Assembly: GCA_021780535.1 (NCBI GenBank)
Contig: JAJXYN010000012.1
Span: 69,688 to 133,687, forward strand
Direction of reading: 5' to 3'
Length of the DNA stretch: 64,000 nt
Origin: a bacterium
Lineage (GTDB): Bacteria > Patescibacteriota > Patescibacteriia > JAGPKW01
Shown: positions 19,727-29,469 of the stretch, piece by piece
Layout of the letters: every line of letters begins with the position of its first letter
Numbering within the stretch: the first letter of the stretch is position 1
Position numbers and translations under genes: made by a program
The notes under the pieces: generated by a model
What the model saw: only the letters and a program-made list of their open reading frames with translations
What the model was told of the DNA's origin: nothing
The model's database searches: none

Positions 19727-21016
19727 ATGGTTTCTATTAAAGATATTCCTAGTTTTTTAGGTAAAGAGGTTTCTATTGCTGGTTGGGTCTCTAATTTTAG
19801 ATCTTCTGGCAAAATCATGTTCTTACAATTACGTGATGGTTCTGGCTTTATGCAGGCTGTTGCACAAAAATCTTCTTTTTCTGAAGAAGAATGGTTGAAT
19901 TTAGAAAAAATTAATCAAGAAGCTAGTATTGAACTTACTGGTATTGTTAAGGAAAATACTAGAGATACATTTGGTTTTGAACTTTCTGTTTCTAAGTTTT
20001 CTATTTTAAATTATTCTAATGAAGATTATCCTATATCAAATAAGGATCATGGTGTTGATTTTCTTATGGATCATAGACATCTTTGGCTTAGATCTAAAAG
20101 ACAATGGGCAATTCTTAGAATTAGAAATACTATAATAAATGCTACTTATGAATTTTTTAACAAAGAAGGATTTATTAAAATAGATTCTCCTATATTAACT
20201 GGAAATGCATGTGAGGGTACTACGGAACTTTTTGAATTAGATTATTTTGATAGACCAGCTTATTTATCTCAATCTGGACAATTATACCTTGAAGCTGCTA
20301 TTTTTGGTTTTGGTAAATGTTTTGATTTTGGGCCAGTATTTAGAGCTGAAAAATCAAAAACAAGAAGACATCTTACAGAATTTTGGATGATGGATGCTGA
20401 AATGGCTTTTCATGATTATATTGATAATATGAGAGTGCAAGAAAGTTTAATTTGTTTTATATTAGAGAAAGTTTTGAAAGATAATAGAAATGAGTTGCAA
20501 ATATTAGAAAGAAATGTTGAAATTTTAGAAAAGGTTAAAGCCCCATTTATAATTAAAACTCATAAAGATGTTGTAAAAGAACTACAAGAAATGGGTTCTG
20601 ATATTAAAGAAGATGATGATATGGGAGCTGATGATGAAACTATGCTTACTAAAAAATATGATAAACCTATATTTGTTACAAAATATCCTAAAACGGTTAA
20701 AGCTTTTTATATGAAAGAAGATCCAGAAGATTCATCTCGTGTTCTTTGTTCTGATTTACTTGCTCCAGAGGGGTATGGTGAAATTATTGGTGGAAGTCAA
20801 AGAGAAGATGATTATGATAAATTGATTTCTAGAATAAAAGATCATAAGTTAGATCCAAAAACATTTGAATGGTATTTGGATTTGAGAAAATATGGATCTG
20901 TACCACATTCTGGTTTTGGATATGGACTTGAAAGAATAGTAACTTGGATTTGTGGACTTGAACATGTTAGAGAGTCTATTCCATTTGCTAGAACTATCCA
21001 GCGTTTAGAACCATAG
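19727..21016 (+). CDS. asnS: Asparagine--tRNA ligase
   Basis: YLSQSGQLYLE, FRAEKSKTRRHLTEFW, PHSGFGYGLER. Confidence 0.95.
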   Translation: MVSIKDIPSFLGKEVSIAGWVSNFRSSGKIMFLQLRDGSGFMQAVAQKSSFSEEEWLNLEKINQEASIELTGIVKENTRDTFGFELSVSKFSILNYSNEDYPISNKDHGVDFLMDHRHLWLRSKRQWAILRIRNTIINATYEFFNKEGFIKIDSPILTGNACEGTTELFELDYFDRPAYLSQSGQLYLEAAIFGFGKCFDFGPVFRAEKSKTRRHLTEFWMMDAEMAFHDYIDNMRVQESLICFILEKVLKDNRNELQILERNVEILEKVKAPFIIKTHKDVVKELQEMGSDIKEDDDMGADDETMLTKKYDKPIFVTKYPKTVKAFYMKEDPEDSSRVLCSDLLAPEGYGEIIGGSQREDDYDKLISRIKDHKLDPKTFEWYLDLRKYGSVPHSGFGYGLERIVTWICGLEHVRESIPFARTIQRLEP

Positions 21017-21224
21017 AACAAAATTAAAAATTGAAAAACTGAAAAATTCAAAACAATTTTAAATACTAAATTTTAAATTTTAAAACAAAATACAAATAAT
21101 AGGTAGCGTTTTAAGATTTGGTCAGTTGACACTAGGGAGAATTTTATGATACAATTTTGAGAATGCTTATTACATTACGACGTGAATTTTTAATTAACCA
21201 TAAATTATACTAATCTAAAAATAA

Positions 21225-21440
21225 ATGAGTTCAGGCGATTTTATTGAGGTTGATGGGGTAATAACTGAATTATTGCCAGCTACAACTTTTAGGGTGAAAT
21301 TACCAGATGGGAGAGAAATCATAGCTTATCTATGTGGTAAAATGAGGAAAAATAATATAAAATTAATAGTAGGTGATAAAGTAAAATTAGAAATTAGTCC
21401 TTATGATTTAGAAAAAGGAAGAATTGTCTATAGAGCCTAA
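21225..21440 (+). CDS. infA: Translation initiation factor IF-1
   Basis: [26 protein letters not shown]. Confidence 0.97.
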   Translation: MSSGDFIEVDGVITELLPATTFRVKLPDGREIIAYLCGKMRKNNIKLIVGDKVKLEISPYDLEKGRIVYRA

Positions 21441-21530
21441 AATTAAGCAAATATGTTTATTAACATATTGATTTATTTTTAAATTAATGTATAATTTTGT
21501 TTTATTGAATTGATAATTAAATAAAAAACT

Positions 21531-21647
21531 ATGAAAGTTAGAGCTTCTGTGAAAAAAATATGTAAAGATTGTAGAGTTATCCGTAGAGAGGGTCGTGTTT
21601 GGGTTGTTTGTAGTAAAAATGCAAAACATAAACAAAGACAAGGATAG
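21531..21647 (+). CDS. rpmJ: 50S ribosomal protein L36
   Basis: Read manually: [38 protein letters not shown]. Confidence 0.97.
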   Translation: MKVRASVKKICKDCRVIRREGRVWVVCSKNAKHKQRQG

Positions 21648-21651
21648 AATT

Positions 21652-21683
21652 TAGTGCCTAGTGCCTAGTGCCTGGTACCTAGT
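21652..21683. repeat. Heptamer tandem repeat (TAGTGCC)x3 plus degenerate copies
   Basis: tagtgcc tagtgcc tagtgcc tggtacc tagt, in the rpmJ-rpsM spacer. Confidence 0.7.
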
Positions 21684-21716
21684 AAATGAAGACTAAATAA
21701 AGTAATAATTAAAAGT

Positions 21717-22100
21717 ATGATTCGTATTTCAGGTATAATTTTACCAAACAATAAAAGAATAGAAGTTGCTCTTACCTATCTTTATGGTATTGGGCCTACA
21801 AGATCTAAACAAATTTTAGCTGAATGTAATATTGATCCAAATCTTAGAGTTAAAGATGCTACAGAAGATCAAGCTAATGTTATTAGAGTTGCTACAACAA
21901 AATTTAAAGTTGAAGGCGATCTTAAAAAAGATATTTCAAGAAATATAAATTTAATGAAAGAAATTGGTTGTTATAAAGGATCAAGACATGCTAAAAGATT
22001 ACCAGTAAGAGGTCAAAGAACGAAAACTAATTCTAGAACTGTTAGAGGTAATAAGAGAGGTAGTGCTGGAAGTGGAAGAGTGGCTGCTGTAAAAAAGTAA
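21717..22100 (+). CDS. rpsM: 30S ribosomal protein S13
   Basis: ALTYLYGIG, LPVRGQRTKTNSRT. Confidence 0.97.
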   Translation: MIRISGIILPNNKRIEVALTYLYGIGPTRSKQILAECNIDPNLRVKDATEDQANVIRVATTKFKVEGDLKKDISRNINLMKEIGCYKGSRHAKRLPVRGQRTKTNSRTVRGNKRGSAGSGRVAAVKK

Positions 22101-22131
22101 TTTAAAATAATTAACGTCTATACAAAATAAA

Positions 22132-22578
22132 ATGGCTGAAAAAGAAACAAAAAAAGTTGAAGCTAAAACATCTGCTTCAAAAAAACCTGTATCATCTACA
22201 AAGAAAGGTACTAAAAAAAGAGCTATAAAATTTATTAAAAAAGGTGTTGCTCATATTAACGCAACTTATAATAATACTATAATATCTATTTCTGATATGA
22301 ATGGTAATGTTATAGCTTGGTCTTCTGCTGGAATAAATGGATTTAAAGGGCCAAAAAAGGCTACTCCATTTGCTGCTTCTATAATAGTTGAAGATGTTTG
22401 TAATAAAGTAAAAAATTTTGGTCTTGAGGAAGTTAATGTTTTTATTAAAGGCGTTGGACTTGGAAGAGATGCTGCTGTGAGAGCTTTTAATGCTAATGGT
22501 ATTAATGTTACAAGTATTAAAGATATAACTCCAGTTCCTCATAATGGTTGTAGAAAACCAAAACCAAGAAGAGTATAA
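22132..22578 (+). CDS. rpsK: 30S ribosomal protein S11
   Basis: TYNNTI, KATPFAA, DITPVPHNGCR. Confidence 0.97.
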   Translation: MAEKETKKVEAKTSASKKPVSSTKKGTKKRAIKFIKKGVAHINATYNNTIISISDMNGNVIAWSSAGINGFKGPKKATPFAASIIVEDVCNKVKNFGLEEVNVFIKGVGLGRDAAVRAFNANGINVTSIKDITPVPHNGCRKPKPRRV

Positions 22579-22608
22579 TAAAGAAGAATTAAATTAATTA
22601 TAAATAAT

Positions 22609-23205
22609 ATGGCGAATAAAATAGCTGCAAAAAAGACAAGAAGATTATTTGGGAAAAAAGGAAGCAAATCAGAAAGATTAAAAGCTGAAAGTGGCATCGT
22701 TAAAAGAGAATCAAAAAAAAGACTTACAGATTATGGTGAACGTTTTAAAGCTAAACAAGACTGTAAAAAAATTTATGGTTTAACAGAAAAATCTTTTAAA
22801 AAGTATTTTGATTTTGCTCAAAAATCTTCAGCTAATACAGAAGATATGTTTTTGATTTTGATTGAAAAAAGATTAGATAATACTGTTTTTGCGACTGGAT
22901 TTTTTAAGACAAGAGCTATGGCAAGACAAGTTGTGTCTCATGGTCATGTTTTGGTAAATGGTAGAAAACTTGATATTCCTTCTGCTCAAGTAAAAATTGG
23001 TGAAGTTATAACTTTAAAAATAACTGAAAAATTACAAAAAAAATTAGAAGACGAATTTAAAATGGATAAAAAAGAAATCAAATCAGCTGACCATGTTTAT
23101 TTTGAACCGTCAAAAATGGAAGCAAAAATTTTGAGAGATCCAGATGTAACTCCAATGAAAGAATTAGTAAATACTAGATTAATAGTAGAGTATTATTCAA
23201 GATAA
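22609..23205 (+). CDS. rpsD: 30S ribosomal protein S4
   Basis: EKRLDN, ARQVVSHGH, IVEYYSR. Confidence 0.95.
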   Translation: MANKIAAKKTRRLFGKKGSKSERLKAESGIVKRESKKRLTDYGERFKAKQDCKKIYGLTEKSFKKYFDFAQKSSANTEDMFLILIEKRLDNTVFATGFFKTRAMARQVVSHGHVLVNGRKLDIPSAQVKIGEVITLKITEKLQKKLEDEFKMDKKEIKSADHVYFEPSKMEAKILRDPDVTPMKELVNTRLIVEYYSR

Positions 23206-23251
23206 TAATATTATAAAATAACTATTTAAAAAAGATTTAATATAATAAAAC

Positions 23252-24109
23252 ATGGAAAACAACATCCTATTGCCAGAGAAATTTCAAATTATAGAAGACA
23301 AAAACAGTTTATATTCTTTGGACTTGGTAATGGAACCTTTTCAATCTGGCTATGGCTTAACAATTGGTAATGCTTTAAGAAGAATATTACTTTCTTCTTT
23401 AGAAGGTTCATCTGTATTTGCTATAAAGATAAAAGGAGTAAAACATGAATTTGACACATTGTCTGGGGTTAAGGAAGATATGATAGAAATTATTATTAAC
23501 ACAAAAAACCTTGTTGTAAAATCATTTGCAAACGAACCTGTTGTTCTTGAAATAAAGAAAAAAGGTAAAGGTGAGGTTTTTGCTTCTGATATAAAAGCTA
23601 ATGCGGATGTTGAGATTTTAAACCCAAATTTAAAAATAGCAACAATTACTGATTCTAGCACTGAAATAGATATAAAACTTTGGGTGAAAAAAGGGTATGG
23701 ATTTTATCCAACCGAAGAAAGAAAAGAAGTTATAGATGAAGTTGGTGTTATCGCTATAGATGCTTTGTTCAGCCCAGTTGTGAATGCAAACTTTAAAGTT
23801 GAAAAAACTAGAGTTGGAGATATGGTTGATTTGGATAGAATTATTTTGTCTTTAAAAACAAATGGTTCTATTGGCCCAAGAAAAGCTATATTTGATTCAT
23901 TGGATATTTTAATGAAAAATTTAGAATTAATTAAAAACAATATCAACATTAATGATGACAAAGATGTTTTAGTTAGTTCTAAGAAAGTTGATCAAACTTC
24001 TGTAAAAAAAGAAAAATCTGAATCAAAAAAAGAAGAAAAGAAAACAATAAAAAAAACAACAGCCAAAAAAGAAGAACCTGCTGCAAAGAAGGCTAAAACT
24101 AAGAAATAG
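23252..24109 (+). CDS. rpoA: RNA polymerase alpha subunit (NTD only, K/E-rich tail)
   Basis: EPFQSGYGLTIGNALRRILLSSLEG, IDALFSPV. Confidence 0.95.
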   Translation: MENNILLPEKFQIIEDKNSLYSLDLVMEPFQSGYGLTIGNALRRILLSSLEGSSVFAIKIKGVKHEFDTLSGVKEDMIEIIINTKNLVVKSFANEPVVLEIKKKGKGEVFASDIKANADVEILNPNLKIATITDSSTEIDIKLWVKKGYGFYPTEERKEVIDEVGVIAIDALFSPVVNANFKVEKTRVGDMVDLDRIILSLKTNGSIGPRKAIFDSLDILMKNLELIKNNININDDKDVLVSSKKVDQTSVKKEKSESKKEEKKTIKKTTAKKEEPAAKKAKTKK

Positions 24110-24124
24110 TTAATTTATTTTGAA

Positions 24125-24622
24125 ATGAGACATAAGAATAATAATAAAATTTTAGGTAGAGAAAAAGGACCAAGAAATTCATTATATAGAGCTACAGCCA
24201 CTAATTTATTTATTGCTGAATCTATAAAAACAACATTAGCTAAAGCTAAAGCTATTAGACCTTATACTGAAAAACTTATAACTAAAGCTAAAAGTGGTAC
24301 ATTGCATGATGTTAGAGAAGTTGTAAAAGAGATTCATGATAAAGATGTTGTTAAAAAATTATTTGGTGATATAGCCAAGAGGTTCACAAAAAGAAATGGC
24401 GGCTATACAAGAATAATTAAAACTGGACCAAGAATAAATGATGGTGCAGAAATGGCAATATTTGAATTAGTTGAGAAAGTAGAAAAAGTAAAGCCAACAA
24501 AAGAAATTAAAAAAGCTGAAAAGAAGGCTGAAAAAGTTGGAAATACTGCAAGAAAAGTAGAAAAGAAAGCTGCTTTTAAGACTAAGAAGGCTACAACTAA
24601 AAAAGAAGAAGTTGGTTCTTAA
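24125..24622 (+). CDS. rplQ: 50S ribosomal protein L17 with Lys-rich extension
   Basis: MRH, IKTTLAKAK, RNGGYTRIIK. Confidence 0.97.
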   Translation: MRHKNNNKILGREKGPRNSLYRATATNLFIAESIKTTLAKAKAIRPYTEKLITKAKSGTLHDVREVVKEIHDKDVVKKLFGDIAKRFTKRNGGYTRIIKTGPRINDGAEMAIFELVEKVEKVKPTKEIKKAEKKAEKVGNTARKVEKKAAFKTKKATTKKEEVGS

Positions 24623-24703
24623 TTATTTAAAAGTTCCTAATGCCAAGTTCCAAGTTGAATGAGGTTTGTGGAAGATTAGAATATTAATGTTTATTTAAAA
24701 AAT

Positions 24704-25048
24704 ATGATAGAAAGAAAAATACAAAAAATTGATGCGACTGATGTTTCTTTTGGAAGATTAGCTACTAAAGTGGCAAATATTTTGAGAGGAAAGATAAAAA
24801 TTGATTACACTCCTCATATAGATAATGGTGATTTTGTTATTGTTGAAAATTTAAATTCAGTTAAAATAACTGGAGACAAAATGAACCAAAGAGAATATAT
24901 CAACCATTCTGGTTGGATTGGTGGATTAAGAAAGAGATTAATGAAGGATGTTTCAAAAGAGGAAGCTTTTAAAATAGCGGTTTTTGAAATGTTACCAAAT
25001 AACAAGACTAGAAAAGCTGTTATGAAGAGATTAAGTTTTAAAAACTAA
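24704..25048 (+). CDS. rplM: 50S ribosomal protein L13 (short form)
   Basis: GRLATKVANILRGK, YTPHIDNGD, HSGWIGGL. Confidence 0.95.
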   Translation: MIERKIQKIDATDVSFGRLATKVANILRGKIKIDYTPHIDNGDFVIVENLNSVKITGDKMNQREYINHSGWIGGLRKRLMKDVSKEEAFKIAVFEMLPNNKTRKAVMKRLSFKN

Positions 25049-25057
25049 AAAACTGAT

Positions 25058-25495
25058 ATGCAAAAACAAGAAATTAAAAAACAAGATAAGAAAGAGATAA
25101 AATTTCCGGAAGGAAAATATCTTTATGCTGTTGGTAGAAGAAAATCTGCTATAGCTCAAGTTAGACTTTATAGTGGAAGAGGAAAATCTATTGTTAATGG
25201 AGTTGAGGCTGAAAAATATTTTGCAACTCCACTTATTAATAAAATGATTGAACCTTTGAAGCAAGTTTCAAAAGAAGGTGAATATGATGTTTATGTTAAA
25301 GTTGTTGGTGGTGGAACAAATGGGCAATCAGAGGCTATTAGACACGGAGTTTCAAGAGCAATATCAGAAGGTGATAAAGCTATTAGAACTACATTGAAGA
25401 AGTTAGGATTTTTAACTAGGGATCCTAGAGTAGTTGAAAGAAAGAAACCAGGTTTGAAGAAAGCTAGAAGAGCTCCTCAATGGGCAAAGCGTTAA
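25058..25495 (+). CDS. rpsI: 30S ribosomal protein S9
   Basis: GRRKSAIA, LTRDPRVVERKKPGLKKARRAPQWAKR. Confidence 0.97.
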   Translation: MQKQEIKKQDKKEIKFPEGKYLYAVGRRKSAIAQVRLYSGRGKSIVNGVEAEKYFATPLINKMIEPLKQVSKEGEYDVYVKVVGGGTNGQSEAIRHGVSRAISEGDKAIRTTLKKLGFLTRDPRVVERKKPGLKKARRAPQWAKR

Positions 25496-25558
25496 GCTTT
25501 GGCACCACAATTGGGAATATATCCCAAATTTATGCATTTTTCTAAAATCATATTTAAA

Positions 25559-25592
25559 AGGGACGTTCATTATTGTTATGAACGTCTTTTTT
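25559..25592 (+). terminator. Element-supplied terminator for the ribosomal operon
   Basis: AGGGACGTTCAT...ATGAACGTCTTTTTT. Confidence 0.6.
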
Positions 25593-25826
25593 GTTCCTCA
25601 TGTGATTTTATCGGTGATAGATTAGTTACGTCATTACTTTTCTATCCCCGATAAAATCACACGAGGCGATAATAGATTGCCTCCGATAAAGACTTTTTAA
25701 ACTTATAAAGGTCTTTATTTTTTTAATAATCAAAATAGGATTTAAAAAATCTTATAGAAAGGAATAAATTTAAATAAAAAATTAAATAAAAAGTCAGTAA
25801 TCTCTTATAAATTAACTAATTAAATA

Positions 25827-25976
25827 ATGAATAATGAAAATAATCTAAAAAGTTATATATTTTATTCTAATTGGAAAAAGAATAAAACTATTTTTAGAAA
25901 AATAAAAATAAAATTAATAGTTCTTTTTTATAGAATAAAAAGAAATTTTTTTAATAAATTAATCAAAACAACATGA
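25827..25976 (+). CDS. Small basic hypothetical protein (49 aa)
   Basis: Read manually: MNNENNLKSYIFYSNWKKNK...; its TGA overlaps the next ATG (ATGA). Confidence 0.4.
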   Translation: MNNENNLKSYIFYSNWKKNKTIFRKIKIKLIVLFYRIKRNFFNKLIKTT

Positions 25977-26167
25977 ATATAAAATTTATAAGCTCTATAT
26001 TAGAGTCTTTTTCTGATATCTTAGACGGTGATTTTTTGGTAGATGATAACTTTATTTTTATAGAAAAGCAGTTATCAAATGAAGAAAATAAAAGTGTTTT
26101 ATTTAAATTTGATCATGAGGGTAAACTCATAGAGACAAGAGTAAAAGATTTTAAGGAAATTTACTAA
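25973..26167 (+). CDS. Small hypothetical protein
   Basis: 64-aa ORF in an operon with the initiator. Confidence 0.55.
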   Translation: MNIKFISSILESFSDILDGDFLVDDNFIFIEKQLSNEENKSVLFKFDHEGKLIETRVKDFKEIY

Positions 26168-26184
26168 ATAATTAGATATTTATA

Positions 26185-26916
26185 ATGGAAAATAGTGGTT
26201 GGATAAAACTTCATAGAAAAATAGAAGAAAACTGGATATTTCAAGAAAAAAGAGTTTTCAGTAAATTTGAAGCTTGGCTACATTTTTTATTAAGAGCAAA
26301 CCATAAAGATAATAGAATATCACTCGGAAATGAAATAATAGAAATCAAACAAGGAAGTTTTATCACATCAGAAATTAAATTAATGAATCTTTTTAATTGG
26401 TCAAAGACTAAAATCAGATCTTTTTTAGAAGTCTTAGAAAAAGAAAAAATGATTATTAAAAAATCTGATACAAAAAAGACCACTATTTCCATTGTAAATT
26501 ATAATATTTACCAGAATTTAGAAACCACAAAAAAACCAAACAAAAACCAAAACAAAACTATAACAGAACCACAAAAAGACACAGACGAAGAATTTAAAAA
26601 TGAAAAGAATTATATAAATAACGATAATAGAAATTTTAAAAAATTTTCAGAAGATGAATTATTTAAAATAGATTATCTTTTAGAAAAAATAGGAAGTGAA
26701 AAAGAAAAACAAACTCTACTCGCAATAGCTTATCAATTAGGAATAAATTGGTTAGAAACTAGAATACCTTTTATTTTAGAAGATAGAGCAAATATAAATA
26801 ATATAGGTGCATATATTATGACTTTGGCTAAAAAAGATGGTTATGTACCAAAAAAGATAACAAAAAATAATTTTAGAGAAATGAAAAATATGATAATGGA
26901 AAAATTATCAATCTAA
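26185..26916 (+). CDS. Phage-type replication initiator (replisome organiser, wHTH N-terminus)
   Basis: GWIKLHRKI..W...ANH....GSFITSE..L...W.W...R.FL..LE...T.ISIVNY..YQ signature, then a low-complexity linker with A-rich iteron-like repeats. Confidence 0.8.
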   Translation: MENSGWIKLHRKIEENWIFQEKRVFSKFEAWLHFLLRANHKDNRISLGNEIIEIKQGSFITSEIKLMNLFNWSKTKIRSFLEVLEKEKMIIKKSDTKKTTISIVNYNIYQNLETTKKPNKNQNKTITEPQKDTDEEFKNEKNYINNDNRNFKKFSEDELFKIDYLLEKIGSEKEKQTLLAIAYQLGINWLETRIPFILEDRANINNIGAYIMTLAKKDGYVPKKITKNNFREMKNMIMEKLSI

Positions 26917-26933
26917 AAAATCCAATAAAGACA

Positions 26934-27815
26934 ATGTCTAAAACAAGTTTTATACAAGTACCAGAAGAAATAACAGAAAAATATTATAACAATTTGCAAT
27001 CAGCAGATAGATTTATAATACCAAGAATGAGATTTAAAAAGACAATATTATCGAGACAATTTATAAAAGGATTAAAACAAAAAACTTATTTAAAACAAAT
27101 ATCAGAAATATGGAAAGAATTCACAAAAGAGCAAAAACAAGCATGGAAAAATGTGGATTCTAGGAAATACCCTCATGGTTGGAGAATGTTTGTAACTGAT
27201 CAAAGTTTAAGAATAAAGCTAGGACTTACCGGAATAGTAACGCCTAATATTTATCATCAAGACTTGGTTGGTAAAATTCAAATACAATCGCCAGCACAAG
27301 AAATAAAATTAATTCAATTACATCCAAATAGTTATTGGATAAGTAAAAAAGTAAAAGGTTCAAAAAACATGTACGAGCCTGTGAAGATTGAAGAATATTT
27401 ATCTTTACCTTTAAAAATAGGGATAAGTTATAAATCAAATTTAGAAGTAACCGGCGAAGGAGCTTTTGCAAAATATTTCGTACGAATAAGGCATTTATAT
27501 CAAGGCAGAAATTTATTTACAGATGTAAGTATAGATATGCTTGCAAATACAGATTGGACATATAAAGAAGCTCAAAATACTTTCATGTTAGGTCAAGCAA
27601 TTTCTTATGATTTATATATTCATTTATACAAAGTAAAAGGAGAATTATTATTTGATAATTTAAAAGCTATTCATTCAGGAAGTAATTGGGCAAGAGATCA
27701 ATATTGTAAAAAGATAGAAAGAACATACACGAGAGGATTTTATCAAATACCAGAACATTGGTCGCCAGTGATAATCTCTCAAGGTGCTGATTATAAATCA
27801 ATTTATCCTATTTAA
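26934..27815 (+). CDS. Putative structural protein: basic helical N-domain plus beta-rich C-domain
   Basis: WKEFTKEQKQAWK...GWRMF motif shared with ORF 29892. Confidence 0.55.
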   Translation: MSKTSFIQVPEEITEKYYNNLQSADRFIIPRMRFKKTILSRQFIKGLKQKTYLKQISEIWKEFTKEQKQAWKNVDSRKYPHGWRMFVTDQSLRIKLGLTGIVTPNIYHQDLVGKIQIQSPAQEIKLIQLHPNSYWISKKVKGSKNMYEPVKIEEYLSLPLKIGISYKSNLEVTGEGAFAKYFVRIRHLYQGRNLFTDVSIDMLANTDWTYKEAQNTFMLGQAISYDLYIHLYKVKGELLFDNLKAIHSGSNWARDQYCKKIERTYTRGFYQIPEHWSPVIISQGADYKSIYPI

Positions 27816-27823
27816 TTAAAAAT

Positions 27824-28645
27824 ATGTCAGATTTTCCAAATACAATTTATAACCCAAGAGCAAAAGAAAATATTTATGGTGTTGTTTTTGATACAGCAAA
27901 TAAAAAGATGGCTTATGCGGAAGATTTTCAATTTTTAGATAATGAGGTTGTCGCTATTGAAAATGAGTTAGGAATAAATATAAAAGGCGTTTATCTAACT
28001 TTGAGAGAAAGAATAGAAAAAATGGAAATTGATATTTTTTTAGCAAATGATACTTTAGAGCCAAAAGCAAATAAATTTGAAATAGTAGATTTCTCAAATT
28101 TTACAGCAAGTAAAGTAGGTTCAGGTTCTAATATTAAAACGTGTTTTAGATTAAAACTTGCAACAGGAACTACAATAAACAGCAATGCAATAGCATATTT
28201 AAAATATTATAATTACGGGAATGCAGAATTTAGTTTTGATGAGAGTTTTCGTTTAATATTTTTTATAACTCAAATTTCAGGCGTTTTAAACGCTAATACT
28301 TTCTTAAAGGTAGATAATGACATAAATCCAGTAAATCCATCTAGCAAGGCCATAGGATTCAAATTAAATGGGTATAAATTGTTTGGCATTATTCACAATG
28401 GTACAAGTCTTCAAGAAATTGATTTGACTAAAAACCTTAATGCAAATGGAAAATTTAAACTAGAAATAAAATTTTTTATGTATAGTAAAATTGAATTTTA
28501 TGTAAATGATGTTAAGAGAGGCGAAAGTCAAAATATTCCTAATAGCTCAATGACTAATTCTAATATTTCAGTAAGTGTTGCAAATAATGCAGTTGCTAGT
28601 AATCAAGAAATTGCAGTGGGAAAAATATATTTAAGTGCTATATAA
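27824..28645 (+). CDS. Putative virion/receptor-binding protein, ConA/LamG-like C-terminus
   Basis: EVVAIENELG linker and KIEFYVND beta motif, paralogous to the next ORF. Confidence 0.5.
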   Translation: MSDFPNTIYNPRAKENIYGVVFDTANKKMAYAEDFQFLDNEVVAIENELGINIKGVYLTLRERIEKMEIDIFLANDTLEPKANKFEIVDFSNFTASKVGSGSNIKTCFRLKLATGTTINSNAIAYLKYYNYGNAEFSFDESFRLIFFITQISGVLNANTFLKVDNDINPVNPSSKAIGFKLNGYKLFGIIHNGTSLQEIDLTKNLNANGKFKLEIKFFMYSKIEFYVNDVKRGESQNIPNSSMTNSNISVSVANNAVASNQEIAVGKIYLSAI

Positions 28646-28650
28646 AAAAT

Positions 28651-29454
28651 ATGAGTATAGAAAATTGGTGTAATTTACCAAAATCACAAATTGATAATGA
28701 AACAATAGAAAATGCTATAAAAAGATTAATACAAGCACATTGCAATGATGTTAATGCACATTTGGAAGATGGTCAGAGCTTACACTCTCATAAAGCAAGT
28801 GAGGTTATAGATCATTTAGCATTTTCAATAGTGTCAGACAAAATTCAACAAGGAGCTATAAAATTCTATCAAGTTGAAGATAATTTGAGGGTTAAATATA
28901 CTCCACCGCTTGAAAGTATGGATGGTTGGAATTCGTATGGTGTTAATTTAACTTTGGGTGGTTTTTCCATGTATCAAGCTAATTTGCAGAATGTTTTATA
29001 TTATGCGATGACTTCCGGAATAGTTCCATTGAATTGGGAAAAGAATTTTACTTTTTCATTTCTTTGTAAAATTGGAGATACTACAAACTGTGTTGCTTAT
29101 GCTCTTGCTGGTGATGTTATGTATGATTCAGAAGATCAAGGAATTGGTTTTAAATTCATGAATAATAAAGTTTATACAACGCATGTAAGTATGATTAATG
29201 ATGTTCTTACTGAATTTTTAACTGAAATAAATGTTCAAAATAAAAATAGTTTTAATTTATATAGAGTTGAATTTGTTGCAGGTCAAAAAATTGAATTTTA
29301 TGTAAATGATCTTTTACTTGCTACACATACAATAAATTTTCCAAGTCAGTATTATTGTCACGGAATTATATTTTGTTTCAATATAAAGAATGTAAAAGTT
29401 GGATATGGTGCAATGTATGAAGTTGGGCAATTATATTTTGCTCAAGATAAATAA
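28651..29454 (+). CDS. Putative virion/receptor-binding protein, ConA/LamG-like C-terminus
   Basis: H..D.NAH coiled motif, IGFKF and KIEFYVND. Confidence 0.5.
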   Translation: MSIENWCNLPKSQIDNETIENAIKRLIQAHCNDVNAHLEDGQSLHSHKASEVIDHLAFSIVSDKIQQGAIKFYQVEDNLRVKYTPPLESMDGWNSYGVNLTLGGFSMYQANLQNVLYYAMTSGIVPLNWEKNFTFSFLCKIGDTTNCVAYALAGDVMYDSEDQGIGFKFMNNKVYTTHVSMINDVLTEFLTEINVQNKNSFNLYRVEFVAGQKIEFYVNDLLLATHTINFPSQYYCHGIIFCFNIKNVKVGYGAMYEVGQLYFAQDK

Positions 29455-29469
29455 TTAATAAAAATAATA

